This document shows positions 10,693 to 21,600 of a stretch of 40,686 nt of DNA, one piece after another. The notes under the pieces are model-generated. The model did no database searches. It had not been told where the DNA came from and worked only from the letters and a program-made list of their open reading frames with translations. The stretch is taken from positions 1 to 40,686 of the forward strand of contig NIVC01004606.1 in NCBI GenBank assembly GCA_002269645.1, given 5' to 3'. Position 1 is the first letter of the stretch. Each line of letters opens with the position of its first letter. A program made the translations under genes and the position numbers. The stretch comes from Macrostomum lignano. Taxonomy: Eukaryota.

Positions 10693-11238
10693 GAGATAGG
10701 CCTTATTTAGCCCCGCTTGTTTTCTTAGAAGTATTGTATTTGAAACTAGGCTAATTTTTGTTTTAATGAGTGTAATATTGGTAATATTGTAAATATTATG
10801 AATGTTATGAAATTTTATTCGTTTAAAACCAAACTGAAAAAGGAGTATAAATACATGAGCAGAATCAGAAGGAAACCAACTCGTCTGCTGCTTGCTTCAA
10901 GCTTAAAATTGCTCTAGTATCTCGAAATTGAAGCCTTGTTCAATACTTACTGACTTAGTTATTAAGAAGCCCTAAAATTGGGAGAGTCCAAACCATTCTC
11001 AGAAGAACAAGAAATCTAGATCTAGAATATGAGAAATTGCCTTTAGAAGGCAGGAATCCTACTATAGGGTAGAGAAGTCCAGACTCAGAGTCTGAAAAAC
11101 CCACCTCAGGGCAGGAAAACCCAGCAAAGTACACTATGACCCTCTGATCCTGGAACGGCCAGGACTGAGAATAATATATTTAGAATATAGGGATAGGATA
11201 GACAGTGCCTAAAGACTGCTCAGGCCAGAAAGTACAAC

Positions 11239-11322
11239 AAAAGTACATATGCTACCAATAAAAGTACATACACTACCAATAAAAGTACATATGCTACTAA
11301 TAGAAGTACATGCAGTACTAGT
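11239..11322 (+). repeat. 21-bp tandem repeat, ~4 copies
   Basis: AAAAGTACATATGCTACCAAT-like units starting at 11239, 11260, 11281 and 11302. Confidence 0.8.
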
Positions 11323-11591
11323 AAAAGGCAAGTAATAACCAGTAAGATTAATAAGAAGAAATAATTAGAGGTCGGACGGGACTGAAATCTTCGGGTGGGA
11401 TCGGGATTGGGAATAATTTTTTTCTCAGGATCGGGATCGGGATTCGAGAATTGGGATCAGGTCTTTTAGCGTTTTGTCCATGTAAAGTTAAACAAAATTG
11501 AGAAAATATTGTCAAGATCAAGAAGTAAAACACAACGAAATTGATATGAAGTTTTGTAACCAACAAAGACAAAGTAAATAATATAACAAGT

Positions 11592-11889
11592 CATACATGC
11601 GCAACCTCCAAAATTCGGTCGGCCGTGCGACTTAGTTTTAACAAAAATGCGACATAGTTTTTGGCCAGAAATGCGACTTACATGTAAAAAAACCCTAAAG
11701 CAAAATTAACGCAACTTTGGGTAAACGGCAGGAGTAACTATGACTGTCTTATTAACCAAAAATGCCTCGTCAGCTACTTAGTACTACTACTTAGGTATTT
11801 TTTCGGGTGGGCATTTTTGCGACTTCCTTGGTTGGTCACCAAATCAGTCGGCCGGATCGGCCGACTCGGCCGACTGTTGCGCATGTATG
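11592..11889. mobile_element. Young 298-bp hAT-type MITE nested inside the previous MITE
   Basis: Perfect 14-bp TIR CATACATGCGCAAC / GTTGCGCATGTATG; perfect 8-bp TSD TAACAAGT (11584-11591, 11890-11897); TGCGAC subterminal repeats; CAGTCGGCCG...CGGCCGACTG hairpin at 11845-11876; CpGs retained. Confidence 0.9.
11719..11782 (+). pseudogene. 64-nt fragment of 28S (LSU) rRNA, helix 69-71 region containing the R2/Pokey/I-PpoI target site
   Basis: Compared with the conserved eukaryotic 28S sequence recalled from memory: GGGTAAACGGC(A)GGAGTAACTATGACT(G)TCTTA matches 31/33 and AAATGCCTCGTCA(G)CTA(C)TTAGT matches 21/23. The 8 nt between them (28S AGGTAGCC) read TTAACCAA. Not a functional rRNA gene. 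Confidence 0.85.
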
Positions 11890-12357
11890 TAACAAGTACA
11901 AGTTAAATCAAAATACCTTCAAGTAATCACTAATTCTATAAATTTTTAATCAAAAGACCTGTTCCTGAATCCCGAGTTTTTTAGGGTTGGGATTCTGGTC
12001 CCGTGGGAATTCAATTTTTTTCGGGATCCCGAGATTTCAGGATCGGGATCCCATCCGACCTCTAAAAATAACCCCTGTTATAACTCAATTAGTAGGATAA
12101 TTGGAGGACAGAAGTTAGGACCACTGTAACCAAACTTGGTGGCATAATGGTGGAATTTTCATAGAGAGCCAAAAGGCATGTAACAATCATTATAGCACTA
12201 CAGCATTATAGCAATTCCCTATAAGCCTTGACATCATAAGGATTCCTAACTGAATCTCTAGCTAGGCTTAGCTAAGGCTAGCTAGGCTGGCCAATGCAAT
12301 CAAGACAAAATAATATTCCTATTAAAATTTAAGGTCAGACAAGGTCTTAATCTTGAT

Positions 12358-13314
12358 TGTCAAGATCTTGGCATTCTTTTGTTTACAATCCCCTTATATT
12401 TTTTCTATAGAACATGGCACTTTCATTATATGATCCCTATGTAAAAGATACGAGTCTTGTTTGCATATCAATAGAGTATATTTGAAGTTCAATTAGGGCC
12501 TACCCTATTCAATTGTAAGCCACAATTCTTGGCAAGAGTAGGGACATATCTATATTCACTTTTGTTATATGATCATTCAAATGGAGGAAATGTATGGAAA
12601 GGGATCAGATAACAAAACTTGGGCTTTTCATCAATTTTGTAGGCTTAATACAATCCCCCCAAGTTGAAAAATTGTTTGCAAGGGATTGTGTACTTATTTA
12701 ACCCCTTGTCTAGGCTACCTGATGTAGATTCCACAAAAGTAAACCATGATTTTTTTCTGGTGTTCCTCCCTTCTCTTTTTTAAACCACCCTCACTTTTGT
12801 TATATGATCCCCAACAACGTAAAAAATGTTGTCTATAGGCCTACTGTAAGGGGATTGTAAAACGAAAGTACGGGGGGGGGGTCAAGCATGGAATTATTAG
12901 ATAGTATGAACTATCTTTATTTCACATAAAAGCGCGATACCTTGATTTCATTTTTGATATACAATCCCCTGCAAACAAATTTTCGACTTGGGGGAATTCG
13001 ATGAAAAGCCCAAGTTTTGTTATCCGATCCCTTTGCATACATTTCCTCCATTTAAATGATTGTATAATATAACCAAAGTGAATATAGAGACATCCCTCTT
13101 GCCATGAATATTTTCGAGGCTTTGTTTGCCTCTTTTTGGTTGAACTCCACTTCAAATAGACATCAATTGAAACTGCCTTAATGCAGTGCCTTTGACTCAT
13201 GGATAACGTTTCGTCTGATTTCTATTCTTTGACTGCGTATTTTACACGGGGATCGTATAACGAAAGTGCCTAAGAATGGGGATCGTAAAACGAAAGAATG
13301 CCAAGATCTTGACA
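12358..13314. mobile_element. Foldback-type element with long (~340-360 bp) inverted arms
   Basis: TGTCAAGATCTTGGCATTCTTT at 12358 is the reverse complement of the sequence ending at 13314. Inverted homology continues inward (e.g. AAATGGAGGAAATGTATG...GATAACAAAACTTGGGCTTTTCATC) to about 12695/12955. CTTTCGTT(A/T)TACGATCCCC subrepeats occur in both orientations. No TSD recognised, so superfamily uncertain. Confidence 0.75.
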
Positions 13315-15339
13315 CTTTTTGAAATTTCAATCTCGGTTATGAGATCTTAAGATTTAGGACAAGATTTGCAATTACATGACTATTTATAACTACGATATTT
13401 ATTATGTGGTTATGGTGATCTTCCAGTTTGTTTCCTGATATTATTTTTAAGTTTGAATTGGTGCTGTAACATAGTGCCGTGAATTTGTCCGTGGCCATAC
13501 CATACCATACTTTGAGCGTTTGAGGTAGGTACCAATACAGCAAAATATTTATTCTAATAAAAGCCATGGTTTCTTTGAAATTCATAGGTTAAACTACAAC
13601 TCTGTAAGTAATAGTTAAAACAAAAACAATATAGAGATTTTAAAAACTATATAACTTTTAACTTTTTTTATGCTATTAATGTTTAGGCAAGTTTTTGTAT
13701 TTAAGTATTATCAAGTCAAACATTATTTTAGTTTTTTTAATTTTGTTAAAAAGCGCGCTAAAATTAAACAGATTACCGGTACGGCCATAGGCATGGGTCG
13801 AGGTTGACGAAATCGGGTGAATAGCTACAACTTTCTTACGTTAAGATCGGGACAGTTAGCATGTCGACTGCAATCACGACATGATTTTCTCTCGATTAAA
13901 AGCGGAATATATAGCTTCCTTTAGGCAGTATTTGGCGTGAGTTTCAAATTTATTATTGTAGTCTATTGATAACACAAAACTAGAGCCTGTGCTGTCTACT
14001 TCTCTACATTTATATATAGAAGGGTGCAATGTATAAGTTATTATTTATGATATATAAACTTATGTAGTGGTTATTGTTGGACTGCAAACATACTGAAGTT
14101 GGACTGAATTTGGCCTAGCTATTTAGGACTAGCACAAAACTATTCAAGATATCACATTTTCTCTATAAATAATTAGGCCCTACTTGCAACATGATATTGT
14201 TGTTGCATGTATTAATAATATATAAATATTAATAAGAAGAAAGGAGCCACTATTTGTATATAAGTCAGCCTAGCTACAATCTAGACCACTGTTATACTAG
14301 CTATTTTATTCATACTCTAGCTTTTGGCCTAGCTATATTCGATTTTATAAATATCCTAAACTATAACTATAAGTATTATATTTATGCTTAGCTATTGGCC
14401 CATATGAAGGAACTTAGAGCTTATTTAGAAGCATTAATTTATACTTTTGATTTGATAATAGAAGTAGGCCTATTTCCTTGTTTATATACCATCATTTATA
14501 TTGAACTCATATTCAATAGAAATTATAAATCATAATGTCTATAACCTCAACTCTTGCAAATTTATGAGCCTAGGCCTACTTGTACCTGTATATCTCAATT
14601 GGCAGAATTGAGAGGTCTAGAAACTTCTAGAGATACACACGACCAGAAATGTGTGTTATCAGGTTTCTTTACAATTACAATAACTAATATATAGTCGGCC
14701 CTAGTCATTAAACATTCCGCATGCTGTCTATTGGAATAAATGTTGAAAACTTGCCATAGTCTAGATCATGCTAGGTGCATGCCCGAACAAAAATTGAATA
14801 ATTACAAATGCATGCTGAAAAAAATGTAGTGCATGCCCATTTCCAAAAATATGTTGGTTTTGCAACAATAAATGACCTTTTTTACATTGTGACAATAAAA
14901 TAATTTTTTTAAATTGCATAATAGACCTCTATTACCAGTTGCTTTTTATGCTTTTTTGGCGATACTATTTATAGCAGAAAATTTTTACACACATGGCCCT
15001 TTCACAAGCTTGAAAAAACTGGAAAGCTTGAAATAAAAGCTTGAAAGTTTAAAAAAAAACTTTTTCATCTTTTTTTACTTCACAATAACTCTTACACGTG
15101 ATTCTATAAAGTGCACACCAAGTGTGCATGTATACTATCTTCTCAGGAGTGATGCACGCCTAATTTTGGTGTGCAAGGCCAATGCACACCCAAATTTTGA
15201 GACATATACTACAATACTACATGATCTAAAATATGGAAAACTCGTGGATGGGCACTTTAGAAAAAAAGTCAAATTATTTTACTGCACTTTAAGATTTTTT
15301 CTTAAAATATTTTTCTATTTCTATTTTTCCATTGCATAG

Positions 15340-16065
15340 ATGCCAATGAGGGGGGTATTTCAAATACCCAAAAAGTTATCCACACTATAACTCTTGAACC
15401 CAACAATGGATTCAGCAATATTCAGCGATTCTCAAGAAATGAGGAGCTTTCAATGAAATCAGATCAATATATAGATACAACCTAGGGAGTACTAGAACCT
15501 GCAGACGAGACACAAAAGAGTCCCACAGTCTCCTGACTCCATACATACTGTCATATGCTGCAGTTTGCATCTAGTTTTTGGCCATGTCAAAGCATAAATT
15601 GCGCCAAATCATTTCAAATTGATCCCTGCTAAAAGCACATAGTAGCAAAGAATGGTATCCAGATTTTACATCCATGCTCCATAAATTGTGGACCAAAACA
15701 TTACTGAGGTTGTTGCAACCGCAGTAGAGCAAAACGCCTATGATTCCTTCTATTTCAATCCTGTCTACTAGTTCAAAACTGTCCTCATGGCTCTCCCAAA
15801 GATTTTTGTTTGTCATCTCCGAATCAAAGAAGCCCATCACAACGTCGCATTCTGTTTGACCAATTGCTTGCTAGTTGATTGAAGGGTTCAATTCGTCTCT
15901 CAGACAAGGCACCTTGTCGCTTGGCCACTTTCTTGACCTTGGTGGCATGTCAGTCCAATCGATAGTCTCTGCACACACTGGAAAAATGGCCCTTCACTGA
16001 ACAAAGTTTTCAGGATCTAGGATAAATTCATCCTCGGACAGAATATTGCTGCTGGCATCAGCCAT
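15340..16065 (-). pseudogene. piggyBac-type transposase pseudogene, N-terminal half
   Basis: Reading from the ATG at 16065 through in-frame stops: acidic N-terminus MADASSNILSEDEF; EIEGIIGVLLYCG...LWS...FSRDQFEMIWRNLCFD; GVRRLWDSFVSRLQVLVLPRLYLYID (first catalytic D region); then a frameshifted LLNPLLG...SVDNF segment resembling the second D region. Confidence 0.8.
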
Positions 16066-17052
16066 TGAGTAGTTGTTAAATAGAAATATAGCCAAATGCG
16101 TCCTTTAGTCCAGGTTGCTCAGTCAGCAATGTTTACTTTACTAGAAAGCAGAGCAGATAAGCTAAAACTTGAATCTGCTATACACTGAAAGTTTTGCAAA
16201 ATCTTAAGGCAAAGTGCAGAGGTATCCTCAGCAGAGTGGCAGGGTGACTTGAAAAATTGCAAGTTAAATTCACTCTTTAGATTCTATTGTCCTCCTCTGG
16301 CCACAAGCATTTATTGTCTATGGTGTAAGTTCTGTCTTTTAGTCAAGACAGTAAATGAATTTTGCAGATAAGTAGGAGGTATCTCTTGCTGTCTATGGTA
16401 AAAAGCCATCCAAACAGATTCAATCAACTCTTGAAATGCGAATTATGTTTTTTAAAGTGCAAAGAAACAGCAATAAGTGAAGTAAGTAAGGTAATAAGTA
16501 ACTATAGTCTATGGCAAACCACAACTGCTGACTAAATCAAAGTTACTTTTCTAGGACTAAGCTGGCTAATGACTAAATTAACTTCACCAATGTCCAAAAA
16601 ATTATTAAAAGGAATAATAACAACAACATCTACTGACTGACTAAAAGTTAAAAGTTTGTCACTTAGAATTCCATTATCATTTATTAAGTTTCTACATGCA
16701 AGCAAAAAGACACAATCTAACATGTTTAGTTTTCTTTTCCATTTTTGTGCCGCTAAAATGAGCTTTCCAACCTCTGACAAGACCGTTTTATAGGAGTATT
16801 TATCCAGGAATGGTGTACGCAAGAAAGAAATCAGAAACTTTATTTCTTGGTGCAAGAGATACAGAAATTGTCGCAGTAAAAAAGCAAGATATGATGCATA
16901 TACTACATAGGCAAGGTATTTAAAGCAGTTTGGCAAAAACAAGAAATTTCGTAGTCCTTGCGTAGTTGCGTATGCTACTTGCGTAGCATAACGGGTGGAA
17001 ATGCAGCAGACACACCTGCCCCACAAGTTCACCACGATATGACAGGGAATGA

Positions 17053-17193
17053 ATTTGTGTGACTTGTGGTAAGGAAGCTACACAAAATGTAGGCAAACGT
17101 TGATGGTGCTATGTCTGTGACAAAGGTCTTTGCAGCTCGCACATGGCATGCAAAGTGCATGACACATGTTATTTTTGCTTCGACTGCTTGTAA
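17053..17193 (+). pseudogene. piggyBac-like C-terminal cysteine-rich (cross-brace zinc finger) domain remnant
   Basis: ICVTCGKEATQNVGKR*WCYVCDKGLCSSHMACKVHDTCYFCFDCL* has Cx2C-x12-Cx2C-x4-Cx2H...Cx2C spacing. The internal TGA is a plausible CGA>TGA change. Confidence 0.6.
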
Positions 17194-17329
17194 GTACCAT
17201 TATAATCTATAAACTTTTATTGTCACTTTCTCTTACTCACTCAGACTTTTACACTAAAAGATGTACCTAGTTTTGTCTAAATTATGCTTTATGCTTAAAA
17301 CTGCCAACATTTGCAGTAAAAACTAGCAA

Positions 17330-18640
17330 TCTACGCCCCCCGTTGGGGAGCCAAAGAAATGCAATACACGTTTTTTAAATAAGCTACATGTATCCTTGAA
17401 ATCTTAAAAAATCTCCTGTCAAACCTTGTAAGCCTTGACATGTCAGTAATTCCCCCCCACAAGCTTTAACATATCAACTCCCCCCTTGACATCTCAGCAA
17501 TGCCCCCAATAAGCCTTGGAAATCTAAAAATATCTGTCAACCTTCTAACCCTAACCCTAGCCTAACCCTAACCCTAACCCTAACCCTAACCCTAACCCTA
17601 ACCTAACCCTAAAGCATTGAAATTTCAGTAATAATTCTCTCTAAGAGTCATTATAGCACTACTACAGCATTATAGCGATTCCCTGCAAGCCTCGACATCG
17701 TAGGGATTCCCAAATGAATCTCTTAACTTCGACATGAAGCTTCTTTTTTTTTACATTACGCTTTTATCATCCCTCCCCTGACATCAAATAATATAATAAA
17801 ATTTTTTCAATAAACTACATGTAGCTTCTGACTTTAGCCTTGAAATCATTTATACCCCCGTGAGCCTTGACATCTCAGCTATTCCCCTAAACCTTAACAT
17901 GTCAGCGATGGCATCCTTGAAATCTAAAAAATTTTCAATAAACTACATGTAGCTTCTGACTTTAGCCTTGAAATCTCATTTATACCCCGTGAGCCTTGAC
18001 ATCTCAGCTATTCCCCCGTAAACCTTAACATGTCAGCGATGGCCCCATAAACCTTGAAATCTAAAAAATCCCCTCTGTTAACCTTGAAACCCGATAAAAT
18101 CTAACCCTCAACCCACACCTGACCTAAACCTAACTTTAACCCAACCTAAAGCCTTGAAATCTCAGCAATTTTCTCCCCTAAGCCTTGACATTTTAGTGAT
18201 TCCTTCTTTAAGAATCACAGCACTATAACAATTTCCACCAAGCTTTGACCTCGTAGCAATTCCCAAATGAGTCTTTTAACTTCGACATGACTTTTCTTTT
18301 ATGTATACGTAGTGCTACTTTTATTTTTTACATGACTCTTCTTCTATCAGCGCCCCCCCCCCCAGTGGCGAGCCAACAAAGAATACAATAAAAAAATTGA
18401 GTAAAGTACATGAACTTTGAAGTAGCTTCTGACTTTTGCTTTGACATCACAGAAACCCCCCCCCCTAATCTCAGTTATTCTCTGAGAGCCTTGACGTCTC
18501 AGTTTTTCTCCCCAGCACAGCATTATAGCTGCATTTAATTTTTACATGACACCCTTCATGTCTGACATGATGCTTCTTTTATTCTACCATGATGCTTCTT
18601 AATTTTTTAAATGACACTTTCATTAGTTTTTAAATAAGGC
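17330..18640 (+). repeat. Three tandem, diverged copies of a ~440-bp CCCTAA-containing dispersed repeat (non-autonomous element, Helentron-like by inference)
   Basis: Units start near 17330, 17770 and 18350 (units 1 and 3 open with a CGCCCCC...GAGCCAA motif). AGCCTTGA(C/A)ATCTCAGC subrepeats; internal ~127-bp direct duplication (about 17804-17930 and 17931-18070). Units 1 and 2 end in TTAACTTCGACATGA...TTTTTACAT. Confidence 0.7.
17545..17612 (-). repeat. Interstitial telomeric repeat (CCCTAA)n, ~11 units with two variants
   Basis: CTAACCCTAACCCTAGCCTAACCCTAACCC...CTAA inside the dispersed repeat. Decayed equivalents near 10605-10655 and 18100-18150. Confidence 0.9.
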
Positions 18641-21600
18641 TTCTATGATTTTTTACATGACGCTTTTATGATTGTTTACATGACGCTTCTATGATCTTTA
18701 CATGACGCTTCTATGATTTTTTACATGACGCTTCTATGATTTTTATATGACGCTTCTATGATTGTTTACATGACGCTTCTATGATTTTTATATGACTCTT
18801 CTATGATTGTTTACATGACGCTTCTATGATTGTTTACATGACGCTTCTATGATTTTTATATGACGCTTCTATGATTGTTTACATGACGCTTCTATGATTT
18901 TTATATGACGCTTCTATGATTTTTTACATGACGCTTCTATGATTTTTTACATGACGCTTTTATGATTTTTTTATATGACGCTTCTATGATTGTTTACATG
19001 ACGCTTCTATGATTGTTTACATGACGCTTCTATGATTTTTATATGACGCTTCTATGATTGTTTACATGACGCTTCTATGATTTTTATATGACGCTTCTAT
19101 GATTTTTTACATGACGCTTCTATGATTGTTTACATGACGCTTCTATGATCTTTACATGACGCTTCTATGATTTTTATATGACGCTTCTATGATTGTTTAC
19201 ATGACGCTTCTATGATTTTTATGACGCTTCTATGATTGTTTACATGACGCTTCTATGATTTTTATGACGCTTCTATGATTTTTTACATGACGCTTCTATG
19301 ATTTTTACATGACGCTTCTATGATTTTTATATGACGCTTCTATGATTGTTTACATGACGCTTCTATGATTGTTATTATGACGCTTCTATGATTTTTTACA
19401 TGACGCTTCTATGATTTTTATATGACGCTTCTATGATTTTTACATGACGCTTCTATGATTTTTACATGACGCTTCTATGATTTTTACATGGCTTCTATGA
19501 TTTTTACATGACGCTTCTATGATTGTTTACATGACGCTTCTATGATTGTTTACATGACGCTTCTATGATTGTTTACATGACGCTTCTATGATTGTTTACA
19601 TGACGCTTCTATGATTTTTATATGACGCTTCTATGATTTTTTACATGACGCTTCTATGATTGTTTACATGACGCTTCTATGATTGTTTACATGACGCTTC
19701 TATGATTTTTACATGACGCTTCTATGATTGTTTACATGACGCTTCTATGATTGTTTACATGACGCTTCTATGATTGTTTACATGACGCTTCTATGATTGT
19801 TTACATGACGCTTCTATGATTGTTACATGACGCTTCTATGATTTTTACATGACGCTTCTATGATTTTTTACATGACGCTTCTATGATTGTTTACATGACG
19901 CTTCTATGATTTTTACATGACGCTTCTATGATTTTTACATGACGCTTCTATGATTGTTTACATGACGCTTCTATGATTGTTTACATGACGCTTCTATGAT
20001 TTTTACATGACGCTTCTATGATTTTTACATGACGCTTCTATGATTGTTTACATGACGCTTCTATGATTGTTTACATGACGCTTCTATGATTGTTTACATG
20101 ACGCTTCTATGATTGTTTACATGACGCTTCTATGATTTTTTACATGACGCTTCTATGATTGTTTACATGACGCTTCTATGATTGTTTACATGACGCTTCT
20201 ATGATTGTTTACATGACGCTTCTATGATTGTTTACATGACGCTTCTATGATTGTTTACATGACGCTTCTATGATTTTTACATGACGCTTCTATGATTTTT
20301 ACATGACGCTTCTATGATTTTTACATGACGCTTCTATGATTTTTACATGACGCTTCTATGATTGTTTACATGACGCTTCTATGATTTTTATATGACGCTT
20401 CTATGATTTTTACATGACGCTTCTATGATTTTTACATGACGCTTCTATGATTTTTACATGACGCTTCTATGATTGTTTACATGACGCTTCTATGATTGTT
20501 TACATGACGCTTCTATGATTGTTTACATGACGCTTCTATGATTTTTACATGACGCTTCTATGATTTTTATATGACGCTTCTATGATTTTTACATGACGCT
20601 TCTATGATTGTTTACATGACGCTTCTATGATTTTTATATGACGCTTCTATGATTTTTTACATGACGCTTCTATGATTGTTTACATGACGCTTCTATGATT
20701 TTTATATGACGCTTCTATGATTTTTACATGACGCTTCTATGATTGTTTACATGACGCTTCTATGATTTTTACATGACGCTTCTATGATTTTTATATGACG
20801 CTTCTATGATTGTTTACATGACGCTTCTATGATTTTTACATGACGCTTCTATGATTTTTACATGACGCTTCTATGATTGTTTACATGACGCTTCTATGAT
20901 TTTTACATGACGCTTCTATGATTTTTACATGACGCTTCTATGATTTTTACATGACGCTTCTATGATTTTTACATGACGCTTCTATGATTTTTACATGACG
21001 CTTCTATGATTTTTTACATGACGCTTCTATGATTTTTACATGACGCTTCTATGATTTTTACATGACGCTTCTATGATTGTTTACATGACGCTTCTATGAT
21101 TTTTACATGACGCTTCTATGATTTTTACATGACGCTTCTATGATTTTTACATGACGCTTCTATGATTGTTTACATGACGCTTCTATGATTGTTTACATGA
21201 CGCTTCTATGATTTTTTACATGACGCTTCTATGATTGTTTACATGACGCTTCTATGATTGTTTACATGACGCTTCTATGATTTTTACATGACGCTTCTAT
21301 GATTGTTTACATGACGCTTCTATGATTGTTTACATGACGCTTCTATGATTTTTATATGACGCTTCTATGATTTTTACATGACGCTTCTATGATTTTTACA
21401 TGACGCTTCTATGATTGTTTACATGACGCTTCTATGATTGTTTACATGACGCTTCTATGATTTTTACATGACGCTTCTATGATTTTTACATGACGCTTCT
21501 ATGATTTTTACATGACGCTTCTATGATTTTTACATGACGCTTCTATGATTGTTTACATGACGCTTCTATGATTTTTACATGACGCTTCTATGATTGTTTT

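Larger units (their letters stand above)
11366..12064. mobile_element. hAT-type MITE (TAGAGGTCGGA termini) with GGGATC/GATCCC subterminal repeats
   Basis: TAGAGGTCGGACGGGA (11366) pairs with TCCCATCCGACCTCTA (ending 12064). The 8-bp flanks GAAATAAT and AAAATAAC match 6/8 (decayed TSD). Many CGGGAT repeats on the left and ATCCCG on the right. Confidence 0.8.

Noticed and set aside
11348-11572. ORF with PDPNSRIPIPI repeats
   Set aside because: Translation of the GGGATC subterminal repeats of the hAT MITE.
11719-11782. Functional rRNA gene or vector-derived I-PpoI site
   Set aside because: Only 64 nt, flanks are not rDNA, it lies inside a MITE, and the I-PpoI site is mutated.
16532-17035. 167-aa minus-strand ORF between the piggyBac fragments
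   Set aside because: No recognisable domain and no piggyBac third-Asp motif; left unannotated pending a homology search.
17545-17612. True telomere or chromosome fusion point
   Set aside because: Short, embedded at the same position in a multi-copy dispersed repeat (decayed equivalents near 10605 and 18100), and with no head-to-head TTAGGG/CCCTAA junction.
18363-18372. CAGTGGCG as a hAT terminus
   Set aside because: It aligns with the unit-start motif of the tandem dispersed repeat (compare about 17335-17350) and has no partner TIR or TSD.
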